From a virus: 64,000 nt of DNA. Of this stretch, positions 30,281 to 40,439 are shown piece after piece (within the stretch, counting starts at the first letter, position 1; each line of letters begins with the position of its first letter). The notes beneath the pieces are model-generated. The model did not search any database, was not told where the DNA came from, and saw only the letters and a list, made by a program, of their open reading frames with translations. A program made the position numbers and the translations under genes. Where the stretch lies: positions 1-64,000 of the IMG/VR virus record IMGVR_UViG_3300017951_000010; one strand, written 5' to 3'.

Positions 30281-31873
30281 ATGGCATACGTAAGTTTAGA
30301 TTCAGACCAAATTAAGAAGGCCAATAAAAGGCACAAATACTCAAAGGAACAAGTAGAACAACTTGAGAAGTGCATGGACGAGAAGACAGGCCCTTTGTAT
30401 TTCATGAAACAGTTCATGAAGATCCAGCATCCTACCAAAGGCGAAATGCCTTTTGAACCTTATCCGTACCAGGAGAGATTGATCGAAGCATACAATTCAC
30501 ATAGATTCAGTATTTCGATGTTGCCCAGACAGACAGGCAAGACAACCTGTGCCTCGGGCTATCTTATATGGTACGCCATGTTCAAGCCAGATTCACAGAT
30601 ACTAATTGCCGCACACAAATACGCAGGAGCATCAGACATCATGTCTAGGGTGCGTTATGCATATGAGATGTTGCCGGCTTGGATCAAAGCCGGAGTCAAC
30701 CAATACAACAGGAACTCGATAGAGTTCGACAACGGATCAAAGATAATGGCAACCACAACAACAGAGAACACAGGACGGGGTATGTCCTTGACAATGATCT
30801 ATTGTGATGAGTTCGCGTTCGTGCAACCACCCGAGAAAGCCAAAGAGTTTTGGACTTCACTGTCGCCAACTTTGAGTACAGGTGGTAAGTGCATGATCAC
30901 AAGCACTCCCAACTCAGACGAAGACCAGTTCGCCATGATATGGAAAGAGGCCAACAAACGATTTGATGAATATGGAAACGACAAGATAGTGGGCACCAAC
31001 GGCTTCTATGCCATGAAGGCGCACTGGAACGAACACCCAGACAGAGACGAGGCATGGGCAGAAGCAGAAAGAGCCAGGATCGGTGAAGAAAGATTTAGAC
31101 GGGAACACGAATGTGAGTTCTTGATTTTTGACGAGACATTAATCAACAGTATAACTTTGGCCGACATGGAGGGCATGCCACCAGTGGAGACCACGGGGCA
31201 AGTGCGTTGGTTCAAAAGGCCAACTCCGGGACACACCTACATGGTTTCCTTAGACCCTAGCATGGGGACGGGTGGAGACTTTGCCGCTATACAGGTGTTC
31301 GAACTGCCCACATTTGAGCAAGTGGGAGAATGGCAACACAACACCACTCCCATGAATCAACAAGTTAGGATTTTACAGGGCATCAACAAGCACATACACG
31401 ACACAATTTTAGAAAAGGACTCCACAGCAACTCCACAAATATTTTATTCAATGGAAAACAACACCATAGGTGAAGCCGCGCTCATGAGAGTTATGGACAT
31501 AGGTGAAGAAAACATACAAGGAATGTTCTTATCTGAACCAATTAGAAAAGGACACAGGAGGAAATTTAGAAGAGGATTCAACACAACTGCAAAGTTTAAA
31601 ATAGACGCTTGTACAAAATTCAAAGAGCTCATTGAGAGTGGAAAGATGAAAATAAACTCACAACTGCTTGTATCCGAACTAAAGGATTTCGTTGCAAGTG
31701 GATTGAGTTACAAGGCCAAACCCGGACAGCACGACGACCTAGTGAGTGCCTGCCTTTTAATGACACGTATGATGAAGGTTTTGGCAGATTTTGATCCAAA
31801 AATATTTGAAAAATGGACTGACAGGACCAGTGAGATCACACCAATGCCAATATTTGGATCGTTCACAGGATAA
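30281..31873 (+). CDS. gp17: Terminase large subunit
   Basis: PRQTGKT Walker A, YCDEFAFV Walker B, ITSTPN, LDPSMG, HDDLV. Confidence 0.97.
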   Translation: MAYVSLDSDQIKKANKRHKYSKEQVEQLEKCMDEKTGPLYFMKQFMKIQHPTKGEMPFEPYPYQERLIEAYNSHRFSISMLPRQTGKTTCASGYLIWYAMFKPDSQILIAAHKYAGASDIMSRVRYAYEMLPAWIKAGVNQYNRNSIEFDNGSKIMATTTTENTGRGMSLTMIYCDEFAFVQPPEKAKEFWTSLSPTLSTGGKCMITSTPNSDEDQFAMIWKEANKRFDEYGNDKIVGTNGFYAMKAHWNEHPDRDEAWAEAERARIGEERFRREHECEFLIFDETLINSITLADMEGMPPVETTGQVRWFKRPTPGHTYMVSLDPSMGTGGDFAAIQVFELPTFEQVGEWQHNTTPMNQQVRILQGINKHIHDTILEKDSTATPQIFYSMENNTIGEAALMRVMDIGEENIQGMFLSEPIRKGHRRKFRRGFNTTAKFKIDACTKFKELIESGKMKINSQLLVSELKDFVASGLSYKAKPGQHDDLVSACLLMTRMMKVLADFDPKIFEKWTDRTSEITPMPIFGSFTG

Positions 31874-31885
31874 TAAATACGCTAT

Positions 31886-34315
31886 ATGAATCCAAAAAAC
31901 TCAGTAGACCTATTCAACAAGATTAGATCACAGTTCACTAATGTCCGTTTGGGCGACGGAAATGGCGCGGCAACGGCTGATCCAAAAACCGCTGTATTTT
32001 TTGAGTTTGAATTCCAGGAGGATGCGGACACTTTTGGTTCAGTAAGCATCAGTCTAGCAGATGGTGAGAACATGAAAGTTTACTATAACAGAGATCTTGT
32101 CAACAAAATTGACGAAGATAGCAGGGACGAATGGTACGCATTTCTCAAGGAACTAAAGGACTACGCAGTAGAGCACCAACTAGGGTTTGACGTTAGAGAT
32201 ATCACGAAATCGAACCTAACGAAGCAGGATTATCAAAATCTTGCAGATACGAACAAAACGGTAAATACTGACGAGATGTCAGAAGAACTAGCAAGAATCA
32301 CTAAACTAGCGGGTGTGAACGAAGGCCTCACAGGCACAGCAAAACGTTCATACGAGAACCTAGACAAGACAAAATTAATAATCAGACACAAAGGCAAGGT
32401 TGACGAGACTGTGCCAGGTGCGAGATCAAGACAGATACAATCACTGTACATCGAGAACGAGGACGGTGAGAGGTTCAAGTACCCACTGACACACCTAGCA
32501 GGTGCGAGGGCGATGATGAGACACGTGGCCAACGGTGGAAGACCACACGACGAGTTCGGTGAACACATCATACAGACTTCAGAAGACATAGCGAAACTAC
32601 AATCTTTTTCAAGATACGTTTCGAACAAGGATCAACTGAACGACAACGCAGGTGACATTATCGAAAACACGAAACTACAATTAGAGAATTTAAGAGAGTA
32701 CATGAGAAATTTGTCAAAACAAGGTCACTATGAATCAAGTTGCAAGAGCTACAAGAAAGCAGAAGACCAAGTATTAGATGACGAGACCGTAAACAAACTG
32801 AGAGAGAAGTTCACAATGACCAACCTAGACAAGAGAGTGGAAGACGCTTTCCCACTTATCAACAAAGTAATGGCAGAATTAGAAAACGCAGGCAAAGAAG
32901 AACAAGTGAACGAACTTGACCCAGGCGAGGCACCAAAAGTCAAAGACACACAGCCGACAGTGCTAGGCAAAGATGTTGAGCCAATCGACGCACCGGTGCA
33001 ACCACCAGTTGACCATGGCGCGATAGTGCAATCATTCCTCACAGATCCAGACAGCAAGATGATCCTAAGGAAGGACGCGGCGGCTGACAAGATGCTGAGG
33101 AACACAAAATTCACGAACAAGAACACGATGCTGAGCTCGATACTGGGCGACATCGCCAGCAGGATGCTGACCAAGTCAGGCGAGGAAGACAGGGTGGCCA
33201 ACTTCGCTTCAAGGGTTGCGGATGAGATGGAACAGGAGAACAGTGCAAACTTCAAGCCAACTCCGGACTACATGAAGAACAAAAAGATAGCAATACAACT
33301 CGCAAAGAGATACATCGACGACTACAAGAAGATGGAGAAAGATCCAGAATACGAAAAACAGGTTAGGATGGAACCAGGTGAATTCAATCCCAAGAAAGAT
33401 CTAAAAGGCAAGGCAAAAGAAACTGAAGCGTTTGAGTCATGGGCCGAAAACATAACAGAACAGAAACCCTACGTGTCAATGTACAGAGACGACAACGGCA
33501 AGATGGTGTATGACGTACTGGACAAAGACGGCAAGTCAGCGTTCAAATCATCCGACGAAGAACTTTCAACCAACTTCCTACGTAAGAACTACGACGAGTT
33601 GATGGGTAGAATGGCCGTGACGAAAGCAGACAAAAATTTAAACAATCCTGCATACCAAAAAATGAAGGCGGGAGATGACAGATACGCAGACAAGACCGAG
33701 GGCATGGGCGACAAAATAGCAGACATGGCACAGAGCATGAGCAAAGATGAATTCATGAGTAAAGCAGACGAACTAGGACTCACACCAGAAGAAGCCGCGG
33801 AACACTACGAGAAGATGCAGGGCGGTGCACACGCAGGTAAATTTGAAGGTAATCAATTCGCACAGGCAGTACAGAAAGCCAAAGCGGCGGGCATGAAGGC
33901 GGGAGACAAGTTCAAAGTTGGTGACCAAGAGTACACACTGAAAGATGCTATAGAGTTAGCAGGCCTACAGTTGGAAGAATTCTTCTCAGAAGAAGAAAGC
34001 GACGATTGGACAAAACTTATGAACGCAGTTGCTGAAAGATATGGCAAAGAGAAAGCAAGAGTGATCCACGATTATGCCCAATTAGGCACTGACAGCGGAC
34101 CGGAACTAATGAAAGACCATGGCTTGACACCCGGAGACGGTATGGAGGAGAATCAGCGGGAATGGTTCAAGAAGTTTCCATGGTTGGAAAAATTAGATAA
34201 GACATCATGGATGGACCGTCTTATCAACATCGCTGGCGAAGGGCCGGACTATGGAACTCCAGTCTCAGAAGATCCCGAGTTGGCTCGTATCAAAAACCTA
34301 GCATTTTACCAATAA
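31886..34315 (+). CDS. Large acidic hypothetical protein (candidate head-associated polyprotein)
   Basis: 809-aa ORF; TAAATA 6 nt upstream; ELARI..LA motif occurs twice. Confidence 0.75.
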   Translation: MNPKNSVDLFNKIRSQFTNVRLGDGNGAATADPKTAVFFEFEFQEDADTFGSVSISLADGENMKVYYNRDLVNKIDEDSRDEWYAFLKELKDYAVEHQLGFDVRDITKSNLTKQDYQNLADTNKTVNTDEMSEELARITKLAGVNEGLTGTAKRSYENLDKTKLIIRHKGKVDETVPGARSRQIQSLYIENEDGERFKYPLTHLAGARAMMRHVANGGRPHDEFGEHIIQTSEDIAKLQSFSRYVSNKDQLNDNAGDIIENTKLQLENLREYMRNLSKQGHYESSCKSYKKAEDQVLDDETVNKLREKFTMTNLDKRVEDAFPLINKVMAELENAGKEEQVNELDPGEAPKVKDTQPTVLGKDVEPIDAPVQPPVDHGAIVQSFLTDPDSKMILRKDAAADKMLRNTKFTNKNTMLSSILGDIASRMLTKSGEEDRVANFASRVADEMEQENSANFKPTPDYMKNKKIAIQLAKRYIDDYKKMEKDPEYEKQVRMEPGEFNPKKDLKGKAKETEAFESWAENITEQKPYVSMYRDDNGKMVYDVLDKDGKSAFKSSDEELSTNFLRKNYDELMGRMAVTKADKNLNNPAYQKMKAGDDRYADKTEGMGDKIADMAQSMSKDEFMSKADELGLTPEEAAEHYEKMQGGAHAGKFEGNQFAQAVQKAKAAGMKAGDKFKVGDQEYTLKDAIELAGLQLEEFFSEEESDDWTKLMNAVAERYGKEKARVIHDYAQLGTDSGPELMKDHGLTPGDGMEENQREWFKKFPWLEKLDKTSWMDRLINIAGEGPDYGTPVSEDPELARIKNLAFYQ

Positions 34316-34321
34316 TAGTAG

Positions 34322-34350
34322 TAGACTTTAGATAAATATAGTTGTATATT
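34322..34350 (+). promoter_or_regulatory. Nested sigma70 and late promoters of gp32
   Basis: TAGACT-17-TATATT with TAAATA (34333) inside the spacer. Confidence 0.65.
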
Positions 34351-34415
34351 ACGCTATATGTCTAATATACATTTAGGCACAAACAAACATAGGCACAATA
34401 AAGGAGGCTTACATT

Positions 34416-35390
34416 ATGGCATCATTGGCTGAAATAAGAGCGAAGTTAAAATCTCAAGAAGTGAATCGCTCCACTTCATCAGGCGGAGACAACGCCATCT
34501 ACCCACACTGGAACATATCGGAAGGTTCTGAGGCAGTCGTTAGATTTTTACCAGATAAGGATACGAATAACACATTTTTCTGGACCGAAAGGAACATGAT
34601 CAAGTTACCGTTCGCAGGTATCAAAGGTCAGACTGATTCAAGACCGGTGACAGTGCAAGTACCATGCATGGAGATGTATGGGAAGACTTGTCCAGTGCTC
34701 ACAGAGGTGAGACCGTGGTTCAAAGACAAGAGCATGGAAGACATGGGCAGAAAATACTGGAAGAAGAAGAGTTACATCTTCCAGGGATTTGTCACAACGA
34801 ATCCACTAGCGGAAGACTCAACACCTGAGAATCCAATCAGAAGATTTATTATTGGACCTCAGATCTTCAACATAATCAGAAGTGCATTGATGGATCCAGA
34901 GATGGAAGAAATGCCAACTGACTACGTGAAGGGCGTGGACTTCAGAATAACTAAAACCACAAAGGGTGGTTATGCTGACTACTCAACTTCAAAATGGTCG
35001 AGAAGAGAAAGAGCGTTGGACGAGGCGGAGAGAGCCGCGATCGACACACATGGGTTACACAACCTAGGTGACTTCAGACCAAAAGAGCCAACCGAGGCAG
35101 AGGTGAAAATAATCAAGGAATTATTTGAGAAATCTGTTGAAGGTGAGGCTTATGATCTTGAACAGTACGGACAGTACTTCAGACCTGCAGGGATGGCCTA
35201 CAATGCACCGCAAACACCAAAAGCGGAAGCACCAGCGGCTACAACAGCACCAGCGTCTGAACCTGCACCAGCACCAGTGACGGAATCTGCACCAGCACCA
35301 CAACCAGCGGCGACTACGGCTCCTGCAGGCGACAGTGCCAAGAGGGCAGAGGACATACTGAAACTGATCAGATCAAGACAAGCAAAATAA
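34416..35390 (+). CDS. gp32: Single-stranded DNA-binding protein
   Basis: AVVRFLP, C..MYG..CPV, GVDFRITK..GGYADYSTSKW; SD aaggagg; A/P-rich linker. Confidence 0.9.
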   Translation: MASLAEIRAKLKSQEVNRSTSSGGDNAIYPHWNISEGSEAVVRFLPDKDTNNTFFWTERNMIKLPFAGIKGQTDSRPVTVQVPCMEMYGKTCPVLTEVRPWFKDKSMEDMGRKYWKKKSYIFQGFVTTNPLAEDSTPENPIRRFIIGPQIFNIIRSALMDPEMEEMPTDYVKGVDFRITKTTKGGYADYSTSKWSRRERALDEAERAAIDTHGLHNLGDFRPKEPTEAEVKIIKELFEKSVEGEAYDLEQYGQYFRPAGMAYNAPQTPKAEAPAATTAPASEPAPAPVTESAPAPQPAATTAPAGDSAKRAEDILKLIRSRQAK

Positions 35391-35402
35391 TCTGACATTT
35401 AC

Positions 35403-35444
35403 CAAGGCCCAGATATTGACCATTTGGGCCTTGTGTAGTAATAT
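35403..35444 (+). promoter_or_regulatory. Hairpin with sigma70 -35 in its loop
   Basis: caaggccca/tgggccttg stem; TTGACC(35416)-17-TAATAT(35439). Confidence 0.6.
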
Positions 35445-35449
35445 AGAGT

Positions 35450-35554
35450 ATGGATATAAAAAGAAAAATTGTAAAAGCAGTGGAATGGATATTGATTAAA
35501 CAGATACCTGCATGGGTATTGATAGTGGCAATCATCCTTTGGATACTGCTGTAG
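35450..35554 (+). CDS. 34-aa single-TM peptide, not in ORF track
   Basis: MDIKRKIVKAVEWILIKQIPAWVLIVAIILWILL*; ATG 5 nt after -10 box; fills the gp32-uvsX gap. Confidence 0.65.
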   Translation: MDIKRKIVKAVEWILIKQIPAWVLIVAIILWILL

Positions 35555-35564
35555 GAAATAAATT

Positions 35565-36626
35565 ATGACAAAAGTGTTTGACGCGACAAAATTTAGAAAA
35601 AGCATTACGAAATCAATTCAAGGACTAGGCATAGGGTTCAGTGATCCAACAGACTGGATATCGACAGGCAACTATGCACTGAACTACCTAATATCAGGAG
35701 ATTTCAACAGAGGCGTCCCACTGGGCAAGGTCTCTGTACTAGCAGGAGAATCGGGCGCAGGAAAGTCATACATTGCATCGGGTAACATCATAAGGAACGC
35801 ACAGGAACAAGGTATTTTTGTAATCCTAATAGATTCAGAGAACGCACTAGATGAAACCTGGTTACAGGCGCTGAACGTTGACACATCAGAAGACAAATTA
35901 CTAAAATTAAGTTTATCTATGATAGATGACGTAGCGAAAACAGTTTCAGAATTTATGAAATCATACAAAGACGAACACGCAGACAACAAGGAAGGCGCTC
36001 CAAAAGTTTTATTTGTGATAGACTCGTTGGGTATGCTGTTGACACCAACTGATGTGGACCAGTTCGAGAAAGGTGAGATGAAAGGCGACCTAGGTAGGAA
36101 GCCTAAGGCACTTACAGCACTAGTTAGGAACTGTGTGAACATGTTTGGTAGTTGGAACGTTGGACTTATAGCAACCAACCACACATATGCATCACAGGAC
36201 ATGTTTGATCCAGACGACAAGATATCAGGAGGTCAAGGCTTTATATATGCAAGTTCCATTGTGATTGCAATGAAAAAACTTAAACTTAAAGAAGACGAAA
36301 AAGGCAACAAGATATCAGATGTGAGGGGTATAAGAGCGGCATGTAAAGTCATGAAGACCAGGTATGCCAAGCCTTTCGAAAGTGTGCAAGTGAAGATTCC
36401 ATATGACACAGGCATGGATCCTTACAGTGGACTCGTGGATCTTTTTGAGAAAAAAGGTGTGCTGACACAACAAGGAAACAGGTTAAAATACATCGATTCG
36501 AATGGCAAAGAGCACTTAGATTTTAGGAAAGCATGGACAGGTGATAAATTAGATATGCTTATGGCAGACTTCACAAAAATTGCTGGAGAGCCAGATACAA
36601 AAACAGAAGAAAAGAGCAATGATTGA
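35565..36626 (+). CDS. uvsX: RecA-like recombinase UvsX
   Basis: ISTGNYALN, AGESGAGKS, IDSENA, VIDSLG, SGGQGFIYASS. Confidence 0.95.
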   Translation: MTKVFDATKFRKSITKSIQGLGIGFSDPTDWISTGNYALNYLISGDFNRGVPLGKVSVLAGESGAGKSYIASGNIIRNAQEQGIFVILIDSENALDETWLQALNVDTSEDKLLKLSLSMIDDVAKTVSEFMKSYKDEHADNKEGAPKVLFVIDSLGMLLTPTDVDQFEKGEMKGDLGRKPKALTALVRNCVNMFGSWNVGLIATNHTYASQDMFDPDDKISGGQGFIYASSIVIAMKKLKLKEDEKGNKISDVRGIRAACKVMKTRYAKPFESVQVKIPYDTGMDPYSGLVDLFEKKGVLTQQGNRLKYIDSNGKEHLDFRKAWTGDKLDMLMADFTKIAGEPDTKTEEKSND

Positions 36627-36855
36627 TTTTACACACGAAGATATTGAACGTCTATGGACATCGATTATACACTACGTACCGGAAAGACAAAAATCAGATA
36701 TGGCAATTGACTTCATAAAAAGTTTAGAAGACATCGGTGTTGAGCACGACGAAATCAAAGCATCAGCAGAATACGACCCTAAACTTGAAGAAGCGATTAG
36801 GACCGTGTTTGTAGAAGACGATGAAGAGTCAGACGGATACGGTGAAGATGACTAA
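36619..36855 (+). CDS. Hypothetical acidic protein (start revised)
   Basis: 8-nt overlaps with uvsX and uvsY. Confidence 0.7.
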   Translation: MIDFTHEDIERLWTSIIHYVPERQKSDMAIDFIKSLEDIGVEHDEIKASAEYDPKLEEAIRTVFVEDDEESDGYGEDD

Positions 36856-37309
36856 TTGGTATTTTGAAGTAAGCAGATCACTAGATAAGATTCCAGATTG
36901 CACAGCATACTTTGACAAAGAATTAATCGAAGCAAAGAAACAATGCAGAATATACGGAAATCTTGAAAAAGCATCAGCGGCATTGCCAGGTATAGTAGAA
37001 GAACGTTTTGGACAACTTCAACAACTAGAGGCTATACTTGAATACCTAAATATAGAACTTAGAAGATTGAGGTCAAAAACTTTTAAAAAGTTCTTAGAGA
37101 ACTACAACCGGGCACTGTCAAGCAGAGACGCAGAAAAATATGTTGACGGCGAGGACGACGTTGTGGACCTAACAAAGATTGTCAACGATTTTGCTTTACT
37201 ACGTAACCAATGGCTGGGCATAACCAAAGGACTTGATCAGAAGCAATGGCAGATCACAAACATTGTAAAACTGAGAGTCGCGGGAATGGAAGATGCCGAC
37301 ATCAAATAA
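36848..37309 (+). CDS. uvsY: Recombination mediator UvsY-like
   Basis: Helical; EKYVDGE, KGLDQKQWQITNIVKLR; follows uvsX. Confidence 0.75.
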   Translation: MTNWYFEVSRSLDKIPDCTAYFDKELIEAKKQCRIYGNLEKASAALPGIVEERFGQLQQLEAILEYLNIELRRLRSKTFKKFLENYNRALSSRDAEKYVDGEDDVVDLTKIVNDFALLRNQWLGITKGLDQKQWQITNIVKLRVAGMEDADIK

Positions 37310-37922
37310 CAGAATCATATTAACGGACGTTGATGGGGTTTTACTAGAATGGGAACATCATTTCACCAAATGGATGTTGCAAAGAACACTTTTTGACGCC
37401 CGAGGAGCAAGATATCATCCATACAGGCTACTACCCGACAAAGAAAACACCTATGAAATGGCCGAACGTTTTGGATTGTCTAAGACAGAAATCCGTAAAT
37501 TAATACGCGAATTCAATAGGAGTGCATGGATGGGCACACAACGTCCAATGCCGGAGTCACAGACATGGGTCAAACTGTTGGCCGCCGAAGGTTGGACATT
37601 CATACCTATTACATCTCAGACATCAGACAAGCCAGCACAGGAATTGCGTAAAAAACGATTGGGAGAACTGTTTGGCGACCACGTGTTCGTGAATTACCAT
37701 ATACTAGGCACCGGAGCCGACAAAGACAGTGCTTTAGCCGAATTCCACGGAACCGGGCTGTATTGGGTCGAGGATAAACCTCACAACGCCTTAGCAGGGC
37801 TCAATTACGGTTTAAACCCCATATTAATCGACCATCAATACAACCGTGACTTCGAACATCCAGACATAGTGCGTGTAAATAATTGGCAAGACATTCACAA
37901 ACTTGTGTCAGGAAGAAAATGA
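37293..37922 (+). CDS. HAD-family 5'(3')-deoxyribonucleotidase-like protein
   Basis: LTDVDGVLLEW, WVEDKPHN, HQYN. Confidence 0.85.
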   Translation: MPTSNNRIILTDVDGVLLEWEHHFTKWMLQRTLFDARGARYHPYRLLPDKENTYEMAERFGLSKTEIRKLIREFNRSAWMGTQRPMPESQTWVKLLAAEGWTFIPITSQTSDKPAQELRKKRLGELFGDHVFVNYHILGTGADKDSALAEFHGTGLYWVEDKPHNALAGLNYGLNPILIDHQYNRDFEHPDIVRVNNWQDIHKLVSGRK

Positions 37923-38593
37923 AAATTTACGTAGGTTGGGACAGCAGAGAAGACATAGCATATCAAGTGTGTGAACACTCCATCAAGCGCAGAGACCCCT
38001 CAGCGGAAGTGATACCACTCAAACAGAACGACATGAGGGCGCAAGGAATATACACACGAGAAAAAGACAAACTTGCATCAACCGAATTTACTTTCACAAG
38101 ATTTTTTGTACCTTACCTCAATGATTACAAAGGATGGGCAGTTTTTTGTGACTGTGACTTCTTATGGAAAGTTCCTGCACACAATCTTGTTAAGTTTATG
38201 GACCCCAGCAAAGCAGTTGTTTGTGTTCAGCATGATTACACACCAAAAGAGACTACAAAGATGGACGGACAGGTACAATCCGTGTACCCACGTAAGAATT
38301 GGAGTAGCATGGTTCTGTGGAATTGTGAACACCCAAAAAACAAAATGCTTACCCCCGAATTCCTGAATGAACAGACACCCAAGTTTCTACACAGGTTCTC
38401 ATGGCTCGAGGATTCCGATATAGGGTCACTGCCGCACAACTACAACTGGCTTGTGGGATGGTACAGGGAGCCTGAACAGGGCACTCCCAAGATACTGCAC
38501 TACACGGAAGGTGGCCCGTGGTTCGACGGATATAGAAACTGTGAGTACTCGGACGACTGGAAGAAGGAAGCAATCAATCTATTCAGTGCGTAA
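37919..38593 (+). CDS. GT-A glycosyltransferase (GT8/CDI-like)
   Basis: GWDSRE, STEFTFTRF, DCDFL, YPRKNWSS, HYTEGGPWF; TAAATA at 37876. Confidence 0.88.
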   Translation: MKIYVGWDSREDIAYQVCEHSIKRRDPSAEVIPLKQNDMRAQGIYTREKDKLASTEFTFTRFFVPYLNDYKGWAVFCDCDFLWKVPAHNLVKFMDPSKAVVCVQHDYTPKETTKMDGQVQSVYPRKNWSSMVLWNCEHPKNKMLTPEFLNEQTPKFLHRFSWLEDSDIGSLPHNYNWLVGWYREPEQGTPKILHYTEGGPWFDGYRNCEYSDDWKKEAINLFSA

Positions 38594-39027
38594 TGAACTG
38601 GGAAAAAATAAAAACTCAACACTACTTCAAGGAACCTGTAGAACACATCTATACAAGTTCTATCTTTGACTCTAAAGAATATGACAGGTTGTATGAAAAT
38701 CAAAATAACCTAAATCACCAACATTGGCAAGATTTTGACAAACAATACAGGACCGGTTTCACATTTTTTGAGGACGTCAACGACATATCTCTAAACAACG
38801 ACGTGCTGTGTTTATGGTTTTTCAAAGAGCGAAGCGACAGAGGCGTGAGCACAATGATAAATCTGGATGGCAAACTTATTACGTATTTTCCAAACGCTTT
38901 CCTAATCACGACTAGTAAAAAAATCAAGTTCGAAGAAAAACAAGAGCCATACATACGGAGACCTGTTGTGCAACTGGATATGCCATTAGACACATACAAC
39001 AGCATCACAAGTAAGTTTCAAAAGTAA
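38593..39027 (+). CDS. Hypothetical, degenerate 2OG-oxygenase-like fold
   Basis: EPVEHI and YFPNAFLI resemble DPYPHF and YKPNTFVM of the 42195 gene; no HxD. Confidence 0.55.
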   Translation: MNWEKIKTQHYFKEPVEHIYTSSIFDSKEYDRLYENQNNLNHQHWQDFDKQYRTGFTFFEDVNDISLNNDVLCLWFFKERSDRGVSTMINLDGKLITYFPNAFLITTSKKIKFEEKQEPYIRRPVVQLDMPLDTYNSITSKFQK

Positions 39028-39623
39028 ATTTTATCAATTTGGTTTATTCCGTCGTGAGTGTCAATTACTTGTGAGTTCTTGAAACCCAAGTTCGTCATAA
39101 AATCATCCATTTGTTTTTCGTGTGGCATGTCTGGAAATTGTTTGTTGGGATGGATGTTAACTTCTTGAATAACATAGGTTGCCCTCTGGAAAATTTTTGG
39201 AGCACCTTGCATTATCATTATTTCTGCTCCTTGTACATCTTGCTTGATTAGATCGTAATCCGCATCTTCGCCGATTACCTGTCCAAGTGTCTTCATCTGG
39301 CGTGTCTCATAGTCTTTGAATATTCCAAACAACGTGGAACCTTTTGTATAGGTTATTTTTTTCCTATTTCCTTTGTCGATCTCTCGTAGATAAATTTTTA
39401 CTTCTTTCTCTTGGTCTCCTAGCACAGCGATATGTACGTCTTCCGTTAGCATTTTTAATCTTCCTTCGTGTTTTTGTCCTGCTTCTATGCAAGTGTAATG
39501 AGCATCCGGCCAAATGCTTTTTACATTCTTGGTCCAGAAACCATTCCATGCTCCTATGTCTAGAATCTTGGATGGTGTGAAATTTTCTTTTATTTTTAAA
39601 TTTCTTAGGTAATCGTACATCAT
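39018..39623 (-). CDS. FkbM-family SAM methyltransferase
   Basis: ILDIGAWNG, IEA, LIKQDVQGAE. Confidence 0.9.
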   Translation of the reverse strand: MMYDYLRNLKIKENFTPSKILDIGAWNGFWTKNVKSIWPDAHYTCIEAGQKHEGRLKMLTEDVHIAVLGDQEKEVKIYLREIDKGNRKKITYTKGSTLFGIFKDYETRQMKTLGQVIGEDADYDLIKQDVQGAEIMIMQGAPKIFQRATYVIQEVNIHPNKQFPDMPHEKQMDDFMTNLGFKNSQVIDTHDGINQIDKIYF

Positions 39624-39626
39624 TCT

Positions 39627-40439
39627 TTATAAAATTCCTTTGTCCATCAATATCTCAACAGCAGTGCCATTTTCAAACTCTTCGGGCGTGAATTGTTGAT
39701 ATGCAAGGCTGTACAACCATGGCTCTGGGTCAGCATAATATGGTTCTTCAATATCCTCGAGGTGCACGTTGCCCATGGGTTCAGCGAAACTTTTTCTATG
39801 GCAAAAAACAGGCACGCCCATACATACTGCCTCCACTGCACTGATACTACAACTAGTCACACACGCCCAAGCGTCCTTCAAATCCTCGGATAGGGGCACC
39901 TTGGCCTCACTTGGTCCTGATGTGCCCCTGCCCCTAGGCTTGTGTCGAAGTCTGATCGGTCTGTCTGTATATCTTTTCAGTGATTCTATGGTATTGGTTG
40001 TCCAATTGACCTGGTCCAAATAATTATGAATTCCTGCCGAGCTAGGGCACACTAAAATGTGTTTGCCTTTAAGTGTGGGAGCGGCAATTTTGATTTTGAA
40101 TTGATCAAATCTATCTGACCTGCAATCTTTGATAAACCTTGCATGTATAGTGTTTTTACATATCCTCCAGAAATGATTATCTGGCCTAAGGTTGCTGTTG
40201 TCAAACCTACCAAAATAGGGGGTATCAGTAAACCAAAAGTTTTGTCTTCTTGCCTCAAGTCTTTTAACCATTTGTAAGTTGTTTGCAACAAATCCCCAAA
40301 ACATAGAATTGTCAGCGGCTTGTGATTGTTTTGCGTTGTCTAAAACCGTCACCTGGTCGGGCCAGGACTTTTGAACTCCTTCAAAAACTTCCCATGCCTT
40401 GCTTTTTTTATTTTTAAATGGAGCGTAAATTGTTAGCAT
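39627..40439 (-). CDS. GT-B glycosyltransferase-like (KpsS/Capsule_synth-like) paralog 1
   Basis: DTPYF, LRHKP, VTSCSISAVEAVCMGVPVF, WLYSLAYQQF. Confidence 0.7.
   Translation of the reverse strand: MLTIYAPFKNKKSKAWEVFEGVQKSWPDQVTVLDNAKQSQAADNSMFWGFVANNLQMVKRLEARRQNFWFTDTPYFGRFDNSNLRPDNHFWRICKNTIHARFIKDCRSDRFDQFKIKIAAPTLKGKHILVCPSSAGIHNYLDQVNWTTNTIESLKRYTDRPIRLRHKPRGRGTSGPSEAKVPLSEDLKDAWACVTSCSISAVEAVCMGVPVFCHRKSFAEPMGNVHLEDIEEPYYADPEPWLYSLAYQQFTPEEFENGTAVEILMDKGIL

Noticed and set aside
35215-35330. gcaccag tandem repeats as an independent repeat element
   Set aside because: Explained by the Ala/Pro-rich coding linker of gp32.
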